DNA of 64,000 nucleotides from a virus: IMG/VR virus record IMGVR_UViG_3300045918_000157, positions 22,400 to 86,399 of that record; one strand, 5' to 3'. Shown piece by piece: positions 36,787 to 46,539 of this stretch (position 1 is its first letter; each line of letters starts with the position of its first letter). The notes under the pieces were generated by a model. It saw only the letters and a program-made list of their open reading frames with translations, ran no database searches and was not told where the DNA came from. The position numbers and the translations under genes were made by a program.

Positions 36787-37435
36787 TGCTTGTCTCTACT
36801 GCAGCATGTCCGGTGGCTAAGTAACTGAGAATATTTGTGCAAACTTCAGCGACTTCTTTAGCGGGCTTGCCATCCGGTTCAAACTCTGCTACAGCTTGAC
36901 CAGATACTAGTGCCCTCCACATAGATCGCCAATTGTTGACTTGACCCACTACTGGATGACCAGTAGCTTCAAGTGCTATCCTTGTAGCAGAAATCTCAGG
37001 GGCCTTTTGAGGACAGTCAGATAGCAAGAACACGAAGGGCTTGCCACCTATTAGCTTTAGTGCATCAGGCATCGCTGCAAGATCGAGAGGCTCAGGCCTT
37101 ACAGGCACTACTATCAGATCAGCTACTCCAATGATCTGCGCTGTCACTGCTGACACGCTAGGAGGCGAATCAATAATAATCAGGTCGTAACCATCAGCTA
37201 CGGCTCCTGCTATAGCTTGAGGTAAAAAACTTCCAGGTACAGGAACTACCACCGGAGACTCGTTTAGTCTCTGGTTTCTCCATGCAACAGCACTAGCTTG
37301 AGGATCACAGTCAAGGATACATACATTAAGACCTGTACCAATGGCTGCTACCGACAGGTGTACGCAGAGAGTTGTCTTTCCAGCACCCCCTTTTGGGGAA
37401 AAAATGGCAATGACTGGCACGATTTTTGACTCCAA
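36755..37435 (-). CDS. parA: ParA/ParF-type Walker partition ATPase
   Basis: Deviant Walker A KGGAGKTT, LDCDPQAS, IIIDSPP, ADLIVVP; no N-terminal HTH (type Ib). Confidence 0.92.
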   Translation of the reverse strand: MESKIVPVIAIFSPKGGAGKTTLCVHLSVAAIGTGLNVCILDCDPQASAVAWRNQRLNESPVVVPVPGSFLPQAIAGAVADGYDLIIIDSPPSVSAVTAQIIGVADLIVVPVRPEPLDLAAMPDALKLIGGKPFVFLLSDCPQKAPEISATRIALEATGHPVVGQVNNWRSMWRALVSGQAVAEFEPDGKPAKEVAEVCTNILSYLATGHAAVETSIEACGVEHVS

Positions 37436-37533
37436 GTTGTTAAGGCTTGGATTATCAGCATATTGGTGTCGTCAAGTCAAGAACTCTTTCAGGCATGGGG
37501 CCGATCAGGCGTTAAGGCGTGGGGCCTCTAACT

Positions 37534-37583
37534 CATGCAGGTATGCAGTCAAGCAGCCATGCAGGTATGCAGTCAAGCAGTCT
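37534..37583. repeat. Centromere/operator-like 8-bp tandem repeats upstream of parA
   Basis: CATGCAGG TATGCAGT CAAGCAGC CATGCAGG TATGCAGT CAAGCAGT. Confidence 0.72.
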
Positions 37584-37724
37584 TCCCGTCCTCCCTACGC
37601 TGCCAGATATGCCGGATCACCAGCTTGTCTCCGTCTCTGAGCAGGCGAATGCGCCCACCACAGATCACACCCCATAGGCCGATAGGGTTTCTCAGATGGC
37701 GTGCCATGTAAATTGGTTTCATGG

Positions 37725-37946
37725 CTAGCTGTTGTCAGTCTTAAAGTTTTCATTCAGCCAGATCAGAAGGCCTTGCTTGTCTGTAGGGATTTCTACAAGC
37801 TCGATAGATGACTCAGCTTTAATGTCAGGCAACGTCTTCAGGGCTACTTTAAGAGCGTTCTCTGCGGAGGGTGCACTATCACGCCAAATTAACGTGCTGG
37901 CTTTCTCGTAGTGGTGTATTCTTACACGGAAGAGTTTGAGTCTCAT
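37725..37946 (-). CDS. Hypothetical protein
   Basis: 73-aa ORF ending VEIPTDKQGLLIWLN. Confidence 0.55.
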   Translation of the reverse strand: MRLKLFRVRIHHYEKASTLIWRDSAPSAENALKVALKTLPDIKAESSIELVEIPTDKQGLLIWLNENFKTDNS

Positions 37947-37948
37947 GG

Positions 37949-38035
37949 CTATTTCTCACTGTGCTTAATAGCGTACAAAGCTACCAAGGCGTAGATGATG
38001 GTGAAAGCTGTAGTGCTGATAATTAATGGAGACAT
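37949..38035 (-). CDS. HSE-micropeptide 3 (28 aa, single TM)
   Basis: MSPLIISTTAFTIIYALVALYAIKHSEK; paralogue of the two neighbours. Confidence 0.7.
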   Translation of the reverse strand: MSPLIISTTAFTIIYALVALYAIKHSEK

Positions 38036-38043
38036 TATGATTG

Positions 38044-38130
38044 TCACTCACTATGTGTAACTACGTACCATGTAGTAAGTCCTGCAATAACACCGATAAC
38101 TGCGAGGATAATTACAAGCGGTGTTATCAT
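38044..38130 (-). CDS. HSE-micropeptide 2 (28 aa, single TM)
   Basis: MITPLVIILAVIGVIAGLTTWYVVTHSE. Confidence 0.72.
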   Translation of the reverse strand: MITPLVIILAVIGVIAGLTTWYVVTHSE

Positions 38131-38135
38131 GGTGT

Positions 38136-38219
38136 CTACTCACTGTGTTTAGTAACGTACCAAACAATAAGGCAGATAACGGCAGCAGAAACAATCAAGG
38201 TTACGATTAAGGGGGACAT
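38136..38219 (-). CDS. HSE-micropeptide 1 (27 aa, single TM)
   Basis: MSPLIVTLIVSAAVICLIVWYVTKHSE; TAATG-coupled to the upstream 2-TM gene. Confidence 0.72.
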   Translation of the reverse strand: MSPLIVTLIVSAAVICLIVWYVTKHSE

Positions 38220-38407
38220 TAGGATGGTTTCCTTAGTTGAAAAGACGCTGAAATTATCACTAAACACCAGAAGAAAAGGCTTGCGATTTCGGCTCCTGAA
38301 ATAAGGCTGTGTCCCGTAGCGCCGACTACAGCACCAATGAAAGCTGCGGCTGCAATGGTATCAAGAAACCTAGCCAAACCTTCTCTTTGCTCTTTGACGA
38401 ACGTCAT
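38219..38407 (-). CDS. 62-aa two-TM membrane protein
   Basis: EQREGLARFLDTIAAAAFIGAVVG...IASLFFWCLVIISASF. Confidence 0.65.
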   Translation of the reverse strand: MTFVKEQREGLARFLDTIAAAAFIGAVVGATGHSLISGAEIASLFFWCLVIISASFQLRKPS

Positions 38408-38646
38408 TACTGATGCTCCTTAGCGTACTTCAATTGTGCGGTAGAAGGGTAGAGGCACACGCCATAGTCAATCCAACCACCGGACATTTCTGTATCATTG
38501 CATGTGTAGCATAGATGCACAATTCTTCCAGCCTGTGCAACTTCCTTCACAGTGTAGATTTGAGCGTCAAGTCTTTCAATAACAACAACTTGCAGGCCGA
38601 TCTTGATGTCAGCAAGTGGTACGTCTTTGGGTTTCTTCTTAGCCAT
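38407..38646 (-). CDS. Hypothetical protein
   Basis: MAKKKPK start after AAGGA; TAATG coupling downstream. Confidence 0.5.
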   Translation of the reverse strand: MAKKKPKDVPLADIKIGLQVVVIERLDAQIYTVKEVAQAGRIVHLCYTCNDTEMSGGWIDYGVCLYPSTAQLKYAKEHQ

Positions 38647-38818
38647 GATTATCCTTACAGTGTTTGCTGTCATACCCTTGCTGCCAAAACTTGGCTGCGT
38701 CTGAGCCTTCTCTATAGGGGTTTGTCTGACCTAAAGTTGACTCAATTCCGTGTCTTGTGTACCGTTCCTTGATTAAACGTCGTGCTTCTTCAATTTGTGG
38801 ATGAATTGGCGTTGGCAT
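38639..38818 (-). CDS. 59-aa protein with Rmf/CrpP-like NPY...W..GY motif, not in the ORF track
   Basis: MPTPIHPQIEEARRLIKERYTRHGIESTLGQTNPYREGSDAAKFWQQGYDSKHCKDNHG. Confidence 0.5.
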   Translation of the reverse strand: MPTPIHPQIEEARRLIKERYTRHGIESTLGQTNPYREGSDAAKFWQQGYDSKHCKDNHG

Positions 38819-38821
38819 TAT

Positions 38822-39301
38822 CTACTTCTTTACCATCTCATGATCAATAGTCTTGCGCCACACGTTAACGCTCCACTTCTCTCTGACCCCTGTTAGGTAC
38901 ACATTGAGAAATTCCGCGGACTTGGCAGTATTCCCGAACCACCATTCAAATCTCGCAGAGTCTGCAGCCAGTATGTCGGCCTTGAAAGCCTTCACAGGCT
39001 TGTCAGGGTCAAGAATTAGGATTCCGTCAGGGTCACTTTCAATGTCAGAAGGGTGTCGAGGCTTTCCGGTATAAGGATTGAATAACACAGTCATGCTGTC
39101 TCTCCTTACCTAATCGGACTCATCTACAACAATCCAAGTGAACTTGCACCGTGTGCAGTTGTAGTGGTATCGGTCATAGGCCTCATCGAAGGTGGTATCT
39201 GTTGTGTACCAAACAGTATCACCCTTACACTGCTTGCACAGGAACGGATTAGTACGTCCGGTGTTATCGACCTTACTAGGTAATGACATCTTTCCAGCCA
39301 T
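38822..39301 (-). CDS. Two small genes: 38822-39094 hypothetical and 39110-39301 zinc ribbon (CKQC...CTRC)
   Basis: ORF track; AAGGAG RBS; TFIIS-like Cys spacing in the second. Confidence 0.55.
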
Positions 39302-39302
39302 G

Positions 39303-39710
39303 CTAATGCTCCGTTATCAAGATCATAGCCACGCGATCACCCTCATTGACAACCTCAAAGACGTACTCACCGTCAGGCATGTCAATGAAGTCAAAGCTTC
39401 TGCGCCAGATCGGCGGTGCATCACTTTGTGGAGTCAGCTGCAGATGCCCCTTGGCGTCCTTTACATGCGCCGAAAACCTGCAGTAAGGTTGGTTATGCTT
39501 TCGCATAGCGTTTGGTATCTCAGTCGCTGCTATCTCAAGCATCCACCTACAGCCCGCATCAGCGCAAGCCTTCACACCATCGCTGTAGTGAAAGCTCTTT
39601 ACAAACCAGTGATGGTAGAACTTGTTGCAGCCGTTGCGTATTTGACTGTACTCTTTTTTAAATGTCTCTGTGTCCATGTCAGTCTTTCTTAAAGTTAATG
39701 ATGTCATCAA
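39303..39710 (-). CDS. DUF6876-like protein
   Basis: YSDGVKACADAGCRWML..IA; C-terminal MILITEH. Confidence 0.55.
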   Translation of the reverse strand: MMTSLTLRKTDMDTETFKKEYSQIRNGCNKFYHHWFVKSFHYSDGVKACADAGCRWMLEIAATEIPNAMRKHNQPYCRFSAHVKDAKGHLQLTPQSDAPPIWRRSFDFIDMPDGEYVFEVVNEGDRVAMILITEH

Positions 39711-40971
39711 CTAGTGCTGAGAATCTCTTTGGTACCACTATCTTTTTCAGTCATGCTAGCAAGAACCTTGTTGAACCTATCGCTTGCAGAACGGTGAGCG
39801 ATAACAGCGTTTTTCCAATCCTCATCACTGCAAAACGTAGCGTTCATACGTCCCCAAGCCTTGCTTACCTCGACTAGGTGACTTACATGGCCGCGCAAGA
39901 TGTCAGCCTGCTTCCTTGTTAGCATGGCTAGCTCCTTTAATGCCTAAATTCTTCTCAGCGTGAATACTCATGATTTTACGAGCAGCAGCTTCAGTGTTAA
40001 AGGGTCCATACTCAAAGGCCCATGTCTCGTCGTAGAAGTACCACTCACCACCACGCTTATGCACAGGGTCTTGCCGCACATCAGGTATTCGTAAGGCGTT
40101 AATCTTAGCCAGTTCCTCATCCCACCGATGAAGGAAACTCTCTTCCCCATCATCTCCGCAGATCAGCCAATCTACGCGCTGAATCATAGCTTCGGCTATG
40201 TATGCTGCCTGCGCTGCAAGCTTTAATTTTTCAACGACAGCCGGTGAGAAGCCGTAGCCTAGTCTCTTACTGTTGTCGTCGTTGTCTTTAACGATCTGAG
40301 CTATCTCTTCGGCTATCTCCCGAATGCCCTCTTGCTTGTAGTCGAAGTGTCCACCTGACATATTAGGTTCCTTTCAACTTTAGAACTTCGTTATGAAAGC
40401 GCTTAGGAACTTTACGTGTGCGGTGCTGGTAGGCGTCCTCAAAGTATTCAGGCAGTGTGCTATCTTCATTAAGATATGCCCATGAGCGGCTGTCGTTGGT
40501 GTCACAGACAAGAACCGTCACCCACTCTGTTCCGGGGTGGCAGGGCTTGCTAGACTGCTTAACACAATCAGAATACGATTCTTGGAACCAGTGTTCAATA
40601 ACTTCACCTTGCTCATGGTCTTCAGTTTCTTCGCTGGTCACTTCTTCAACATCCCACTCATAGATAGCTGACATGTTAGGCTCCTTTGTTAGTTACAGTT
40701 TTATTCCATGCTTATCAAGCACCGATTGCAGGTGCTTGTTGCCTTCTATACGATACCAGTCTGCTCTAGCATGGCCCATCGTTAGCCCAGCTGCTGCGTT
40801 ATACCAAGCGTAGGCTAACGCATCGTTACCAGCGTTAGCCTCAGTTTTAGCTTGCTGTTCACAGCCGTAAGGGGTGCGAGCGTTCTCATAGTCAGCTATC
40901 ATCTGTCCGACTGTTGAGTTGGCGGCTTTTAACTCTGCTAGGTAGGCCGGTGTAAATTTTTGCTTAGCCAT
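39707..40971 (-). CDS. Run of small early hypothetical genes (39707-39925, 39903-40361 MSGGHFDY type, 40363-40674, 40693-40971)
   Basis: Co-oriented, tightly packed, AAGGAG-type RBSs. Confidence 0.6.
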
Positions 40972-40983
40972 GTTGGCGCTCCT

Positions 40984-41220
40984 TTAAAGTATCTTAATGA
41001 GTGCAGCAACTGCACCTACGGCTGCTACGCTTAACGCCCCAAGCTTTATGACAATTCTCTGCTCAAGCAGCCTTAGCTCAACCTGAAGGTCGTCCTTGGT
41101 TACTAATTGAGAAAACACTTCTTGGTGTGCGGCAACAAGGCACTCAGCCTGCTCTTCACTGAAGCCAGCATCACGCAGCTTCTTTACGAAGGCGTGTGAG
41201 TCGAAAATTAGAGCGGCCAT
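40984..41220 (-). CDS. DUF1640/CCDC90-like protein
   Basis: FDSHAFVKKLRDAGFSEEQAE...LVTKDDL...LEQRIVIKLG plus TM. Confidence 0.8.
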   Translation of the reverse strand: MAALIFDSHAFVKKLRDAGFSEEQAECLVAAHQEVFSQLVTKDDLQVELRLLEQRIVIKLGALSVAAVGAVAALIKIL

Positions 41221-41221
41221 G

Positions 41222-41625
41222 TTAGCTCTCCTTAGCTGCGGCTGCAACAACAGCCTTAGCTGCCCATTCGTGCATCTCCCATTCAGCGCTGAAGAACTTC
41301 TCATTTGTAGAAGTAGTTTCACCAAGCACTAAGTCGAACAGCGTGTCTTCACTGTCGTCTGCTTTGAACGCAAAGCCGTACTCGGTATTACCGTTGGACT
41401 TGGCACACATGTATGTTTCGTAGATCATTTAAAGCTCTCCGATAGCTGAGCGTTGATTGATTCCTTCAAGAACACAGCGCAAGCCTCGTCGAAGACCGCA
41501 CATCTGTCATCTGTAAGCACAATCACACCGGCGTCACGCATGGCTCTGCACGCAGAGTCACTCATGTCACGCACTATGTTCTTGTTACGTTCGTTCATGG
41601 CGTCGAAGGTGGGCATTAGTGTCAT
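41222..41625 (-). CDS. Two small hypothetical proteins (41222-41428, 41425-41625)
   Basis: ORF track; RBS; ATGA overlap. Confidence 0.55.
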
Positions 41626-41635
41626 GTTAGCTCTC

Positions 41636-41923
41636 CTAGTTAAGTGGGTCGAGTTCTTCGGCTATAGACATGATGACCCATCCAGCCATAAGTCCGTAGG
41701 CGGGGCCAACAAGCATACCTACAACATTGCGGTGTGCCGTGCGACCAGAGTACCCTAGTGTCTTTCCAGCGGTCATGCTTACGGCGCTGTATTGAGTTTC
41801 ACGCAGGAGTAGCGTATCGCCTACCTGATAATTGCGATCAGCCTTACGCATCTCAAACAGTTTTCGGCTAGCTAGCAACTCCGAGAACGGTTCAGGGTCT
41901 GTCTTTAATTCGTGGATGGTCAT
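41636..41923 (-). CDS. DUF3850/ASCH (PUA-like) domain protein
   Basis: IHELKT.PE.F....K.FEMRK.DRNYQVGD.L.LRE; GWVIMSI. Confidence 0.82.
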   Translation of the reverse strand: MTIHELKTDPEPFSELLASRKLFEMRKADRNYQVGDTLLLRETQYSAVSMTAGKTLGYSGRTAHRNVVGMLVGPAYGLMAGWVIMSIAEELDPLN

Positions 41924-41940
41924 GAGTAGCTCCTTTTAGG

Positions 41941-42110
41941 TCAGTTGTCATGTTATCAAAATCGGGTGTATACGAGGCGCGAGGGGTCGTTCTCTTTAGA
42001 CCCCCAAAATTTAGGGTATCCCCTCTCGAAATTAGTTCTCGCCAATTTAATCTGAGAATGCTACCATGTCGGCGGGATTTCCAGAAACTTTCTACAACTC
42101 ACAGAGGCTT
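41941..42110. promoter_or_regulatory. Putative res site/promoter of the serine recombinase
   Basis: Divergent intergenic region; TTATCAAAATCG resembles a hix/res half-site; several short dyads. Confidence 0.4.
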
Positions 42111-42114
42111 TACC

Positions 42115-42684
42115 ATGCTAATCGGCTATGCGCGTGTTTCCACACTAGATCAAGATGTTAATGTTCAACTGGATGCGCTTACCAAAGCAGGCTGTGAGCG
42201 CCTGTTCGATGACAAGATGAGTGGAGCCAAGGTTGACCGTCCCGGCCTGACAAGAGCGTTAGACATGCTTCGTTCAGGCGATTCTCTCGTTGTCTGGAAA
42301 CTTGACAGACTAGGACGTAGCATGAGAAACCTAGTCGATGTCTCTACTGAGTTACAAAAGCAGGGAGTGCAACTGATAAGCCTTACTGACTGCATAGATA
42401 CCAGTACTGCATCAGGTAGGTTTTTCTTTAACGTAATGGCAAGTCTTGCACAGATGGAGCGTGAACTTACTGTAGAGCGGACTCAGGCGGGACTTGCATT
42501 AGCTAGGCTTAATGGCCGTGTCGGTGGTAGGCCTAGATTAATGACTGTCCGTAAGGTTGAAGCTGCCAAAGCCATGCTAGCCAGCGGTATCCCACCGCGT
42601 GACGTAGCTAATAACCTTGGCATCTCAATCCCTACCCTATACCGTTGGATACCAGCGAGTACGGTGCCGGTGCCTACGCTTTAG
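42115..42684 (+). CDS. Small serine recombinase (resolvase/invertase, Hin/TnpR family)
   Basis: LIGYARVST, RPGL, VWKLDRLGRS, ERT.AGL..AR..GR.GGRP, C-terminal HTH (VANNLGISIPTLYRW). Confidence 0.95.
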   Translation: MLIGYARVSTLDQDVNVQLDALTKAGCERLFDDKMSGAKVDRPGLTRALDMLRSGDSLVVWKLDRLGRSMRNLVDVSTELQKQGVQLISLTDCIDTSTASGRFFFNVMASLAQMERELTVERTQAGLALARLNGRVGGRPRLMTVRKVEAAKAMLASGIPPRDVANNLGISIPTLYRWIPASTVPVPTL

Positions 42685-44074
42685 CAAGCTCTTCTCTGAC
42701 TGTCACAACCCACTTGCGCCCATCGCCTTCAATGTCAAAGCTGCCGCCGTGGTATTCAGCTTTGTCAATGACGGCTTTTAATACCGAACTTGTGACATCT
42801 TTCTTTTCTCCAGTAAACGCATTGCCTGATTTGTTCACCCGGCCCTGAAAAATGCGGCCTGTTAGCGGACTCGTTCCGATGTGCGTGGTCATGCGTTGGC
42901 TCCTAAGAGTTAAACACAAACAGCTTGGCAGCTGTGTCTAACACAGCACCAATTAGAAAAGCAGGCTTGTCACCCTGTTCAAATGGCTTAGTTCGGTACA
43001 CAGCCTGAAGCTCTCCAAGTCCGGTGCTCATGTAGATGTCAACTACAGGGTAGCTAGGCCCCCAACTTGACAGGTAGCCAATAACGCGCTCCATCTCTTT
43101 GTGCGGAGTCTCGCAGCCTTTGGAGGCCATCCAAATCTGGAAGCGGTTAAGTGCATCTTCGTCGTAGTGTAGGGTGATGGTTCTCATGATGGCTTACCAG
43201 TCATCTTAGACGTTCCCACACGGTTGCCGTTAACATCCAGCAGCGTGCCAGTCCAGCTGGCTTCGTCGCCAAACCGTGCGATCTTGTCAGCCTCTGCCCT
43301 AAGTATGCGAGCTACTTCTTTGAGTGGGGCGTCTTTGAAGGCGTCATTGTCGCAGTCGATTGTAATTCTGAATTTCATGATTCATCTTTCCGTAGTTCAA
43401 GCTCGGTGTTCCCATGCTTGGTGGCGTTAGTTCGTACTATTGTGCATTTCAGGTGCTGCAGGATTAGCCTGATTGCTTCGTCGCGTTCGTAGTTAGTTGC
43501 AATTTCGTAGCTGTAGCTAAACAAATAGGTTTCTACAACCTCATCACCATTTTGGTTAACTATCATGTCATTCTCCTTTAACTTGCCCCCGTGATGCAAG
43601 AAAAGCCTCAAGGACGCTACGAATCGTCATTGAACTCATCACCCATGGGATATGGCGCTTTGCAGCCTCCACCTCCGCATCAGTCACCGGCTGCGCTGGT
43701 ATTTGCTGGGTTTTTTTGATCTCTATGCACTGTTCCCGCCAATAATCACGATCTGCGCCAAGCGCATTTCTGGCCCATGTGAGCGCTGTAATTTTGGCCT
43801 CTGCATCAGGCACCGGCTGCTCGGTGGTTGGTATTAGGTCAGGGTTGTAGTGTGCTGGAATGTCAGCGCGACCCGCCTGCCACCTTGCTAACAAACTCTC
43901 TATCAGTTCACGGCCATCTTCGCGGCTGGCGTTGCTCACATACTGCGCTGTATTGTCTACGCTCACTATCAGAACAAACGCGATTGGCTCACCCGCACTT
44001 TTCTTTAAGTAGTTGCTTACGACTCTAGCAAGCTCTTGCAAAGATAGGCTCACCGCCTTGTATTTGTTGGTCAT
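42674..44074 (-). CDS. Run of small hypothetical genes (DUF7446-like ending 42674, 42903-43187, 43184-43378, 43375-43566, 43568-44074)
   Basis: ORF track; tight packing and RBSs. Confidence 0.55.
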
Positions 44075-44092
44075 GTCAGGCTCCTTTTAGTT

Positions 44093-44209
44093 AGTCGGCT
44101 TACTGCTACACACCGTTCGCATAAAGCAGCGTGGTGTTCAAAAGTTAATGCGGTAAATATACACCCTTATTGGAGCTAACCCAACTCGGTGTGCAACACT
44201 AAGCCGACT
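44093..44209 (-). ncRNA. Candidate cloverleaf-like structured ncRNA
   Basis: 23-bp closing stem (2 G-U, 1 G-G on the - strand) enclosing three small hairpins; intergenic. Confidence 0.5.
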
Positions 44210-44217
44210 GTTGTTTG

Positions 44218-44397
44218 TTAGTCCCGCTCTACCTTACCTTCTGCGGTTTCGTGAAAGCTGTCATGGCCGAAATCAAGTGCGGAACTCTTGCACTTCTTGC
44301 ACTTACGGTCTTGGTATGCTAGCGGTATCTTTTTTCCGAACTCAGGGCGTTTGTCCTCTTGGACATGGCCGCACTCTTGACAGGTTCTTGCAAACAT
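44218..44397 (-). CDS. 59-aa zinc-ribbon protein, not in the ORF track
   Basis: MFARTCQECGHVQE...RKCKKCKSSALDFG; GAGGG RBS. Confidence 0.6.
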   Translation of the reverse strand: MFARTCQECGHVQEDKRPEFGKKIPLAYQDRKCKKCKSSALDFGHDSFHETAEGKVERD

Positions 44398-44413
44398 TTT
44401 AATCCCTCTGTTG

Positions 44414-46510
44414 TTACGGCATGTCGCCGTTAAGCCAAGGCCTATAGCGCCTATAGCCGCCTTGATGACTGATAATGCCTAGCACCGTATAGTCATCAGG
44501 GCCAAGTCCTTCACAGCTAACTCCGCTGTTGTGTAGCTCTGCCCTGTCTGCCTCATACGCTTCAAGTCTTGACTCTGTACCTGCTCCAATCGCTGTGTCA
44601 GACTTAACAGCAATGGCTACATACTGTAAATCTTGCAGCGTGCTAAAGCCGGTCACACGATGAAGGAACCAGACAGGGCGCATTACTATGACTGTGTAGA
44701 TCATGTTAGCCCTCTAAGTTAAGACATGAGTGTGGCGTGGGTGCGCCTCCAGCAATCCACTCTCCGGTAGCTTCGACCTGAGTGAATATCCGCTGGTCGC
44801 CTTCTTTGGCGCTTATTGATGCGTCAACGTGACGGTAAGCGTGCACTGTCTGCCCATACAGATCGACAACATGGTAGAGGTAGCCTCTACCATCGTTAGG
44901 TAGTGAGATAATCATGGTTAGCTTCCTAAGATAGGGCGTGGCTGATGGTCGCGCTCTGCTATTAGCCTAAACACTTCGTCAACGCTCTCTTTTACAGTAA
45001 GACCGCCGCTATGTGAAGGGAATAGAATCGTACAACCGCTAGCGTTAGCACACAGCGCCTCAATTTTATCTATGGCTATGTAAACTTCACCTGACGCAGC
45101 AAAAACCTTAATGTACTTCATGCTAGGCCTCACTTGGAAGCAAGACTTGCATCAATCTTGGCCTGAATTGCGGCGATGTACTTCTCGTAGCTGTCTCTTG
45201 GCTTTAAGCCGAACTCAGCAGCTATCCGAGGTCGAATCGCTCCGCTACTGTGCCTGATACCCTTGCTCTCAAGCTTTACCCTGCCTTTGATGGATAGCAG
45301 CCGGAAGTGAGCTATACCGTGGGGCGTGTCAACTACTATTGCTTTGTCAGTCATTCAATTCTCCAAGGTGCTGCGTCATAGCCGGGAAGTTTTGCGATGG
45401 CACGGACTTGAAGTTGATCAAGCAAGGCCTTCGCTGTACTGGTTCCCCATTCAGGGTGCTCGTTGCTTTGGTAGGCAAGGCATTGGCACGCCTTAATCAT
45501 CTCAAGTGCGCTGAGGTTTGGTGCGGTGTTGTCGTACACAGCACCAATGGTGTCATCGTGACCTTTGTACCTATGATTGACCGACTTGACGTTCTCTGCG
45601 TACAGCAGATCAACTGTCTCTTGTTCTGAACCAGCAACACTCAGCTTAGTGCTAGGGTTGCCGTGATACAAGTTTACATTGTTTCGACACGCCCATCTTA
45701 CGATAGCGCTGATGTGCCGCTCTGAGCATACAAATGCTGACATAATTTTTCCTAGTGGAGAGACTTGCTGATCAACGAACTCATCAGATTTTCCGTTGCT
45801 TCACGGGCACGCTCAGAGTCCTTCATGTGCTGAATCATGGCGAAGCGTTTTTGGCACTGCTTGCAGGTCTTTATGTGTGCCATGAACGCTGCCTGCCTCA
45901 AGCGTTCTTTGATCACCTTGATTCTGTACAGTGCTTGGTTCTTTTTGAATGACAGCTTCTCAAGCTGTTTGATGGTGACGGTCATAGTGCCCTTTTAGGT
46001 TAGCGTATGAAATCGACAGCGTACTCAGCGTGAATTTGAGCCTTGGCCTCTTCTCTAGTGTGCGCCCTGACATAGATGACAGTCTCAAGGTCTTCGCTGA
46101 AGGCGCAGTACATGCCCCCATACTCTATTGAGTAGCTGCCCCAATAGGCACCTGATTTATCGTAACACCAATCTACCATAGCCAATGCCTGAATATGCAA
46201 AGGTTGATCGCTGGTAGCTACGCTTGGACGACCCATCGGTGCGCCACGACTGCTATTGACAGGGTGTGCCTTGAGCCAAACGTTAATGTCTTTTACTGAC
46301 ATATTTTCCTTTAAGGTTTGGTGGATCAATGAACCACCATTTTGTGCAAAGTTCTGCTATCTGACGCTTGTCAAGTTCTACAGGAGGTCTTTGTATTGCG
46401 TAACCTGCTGCTTTTCCTGCTTCATAGGCCAGTGTTACAAGCCTATCGTTGTACGACCCAAAGCCATAGGCTATCGCGGCGACTGCCACCATAGCGAAAA
46501 ACTGTTTCAT
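44414..46510 (-). CDS. Run of small early genes (44414-44704, 44706-44915, 44918-45133, 45130-45354, 45351-45743, 45752-45985, 46000-46302, 46283-46510)
   Basis: Tightly packed; recurrent phage early-gene motifs (MSAFVCS..HI / EN.KSVNHRY; RGAPMGR / YD.SGAYWG). Confidence 0.6.
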
Positions 46511-46539
46511 TGTAGGCCCTCATTTTAAAGGCGGAAATA

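Noticed and set aside
41950-42114. 55-aa N-terminal extension of the resolvase
   Set aside because: The family begins at MLIGYARVST with a GAGG RBS; the upstream DNA looks like res/promoter sequence
44093-44209. tRNA gene
   Set aside because: No GTTCRA T-loop, no 7-nt anticodon loop, no CCA, and the closing stem is far too long
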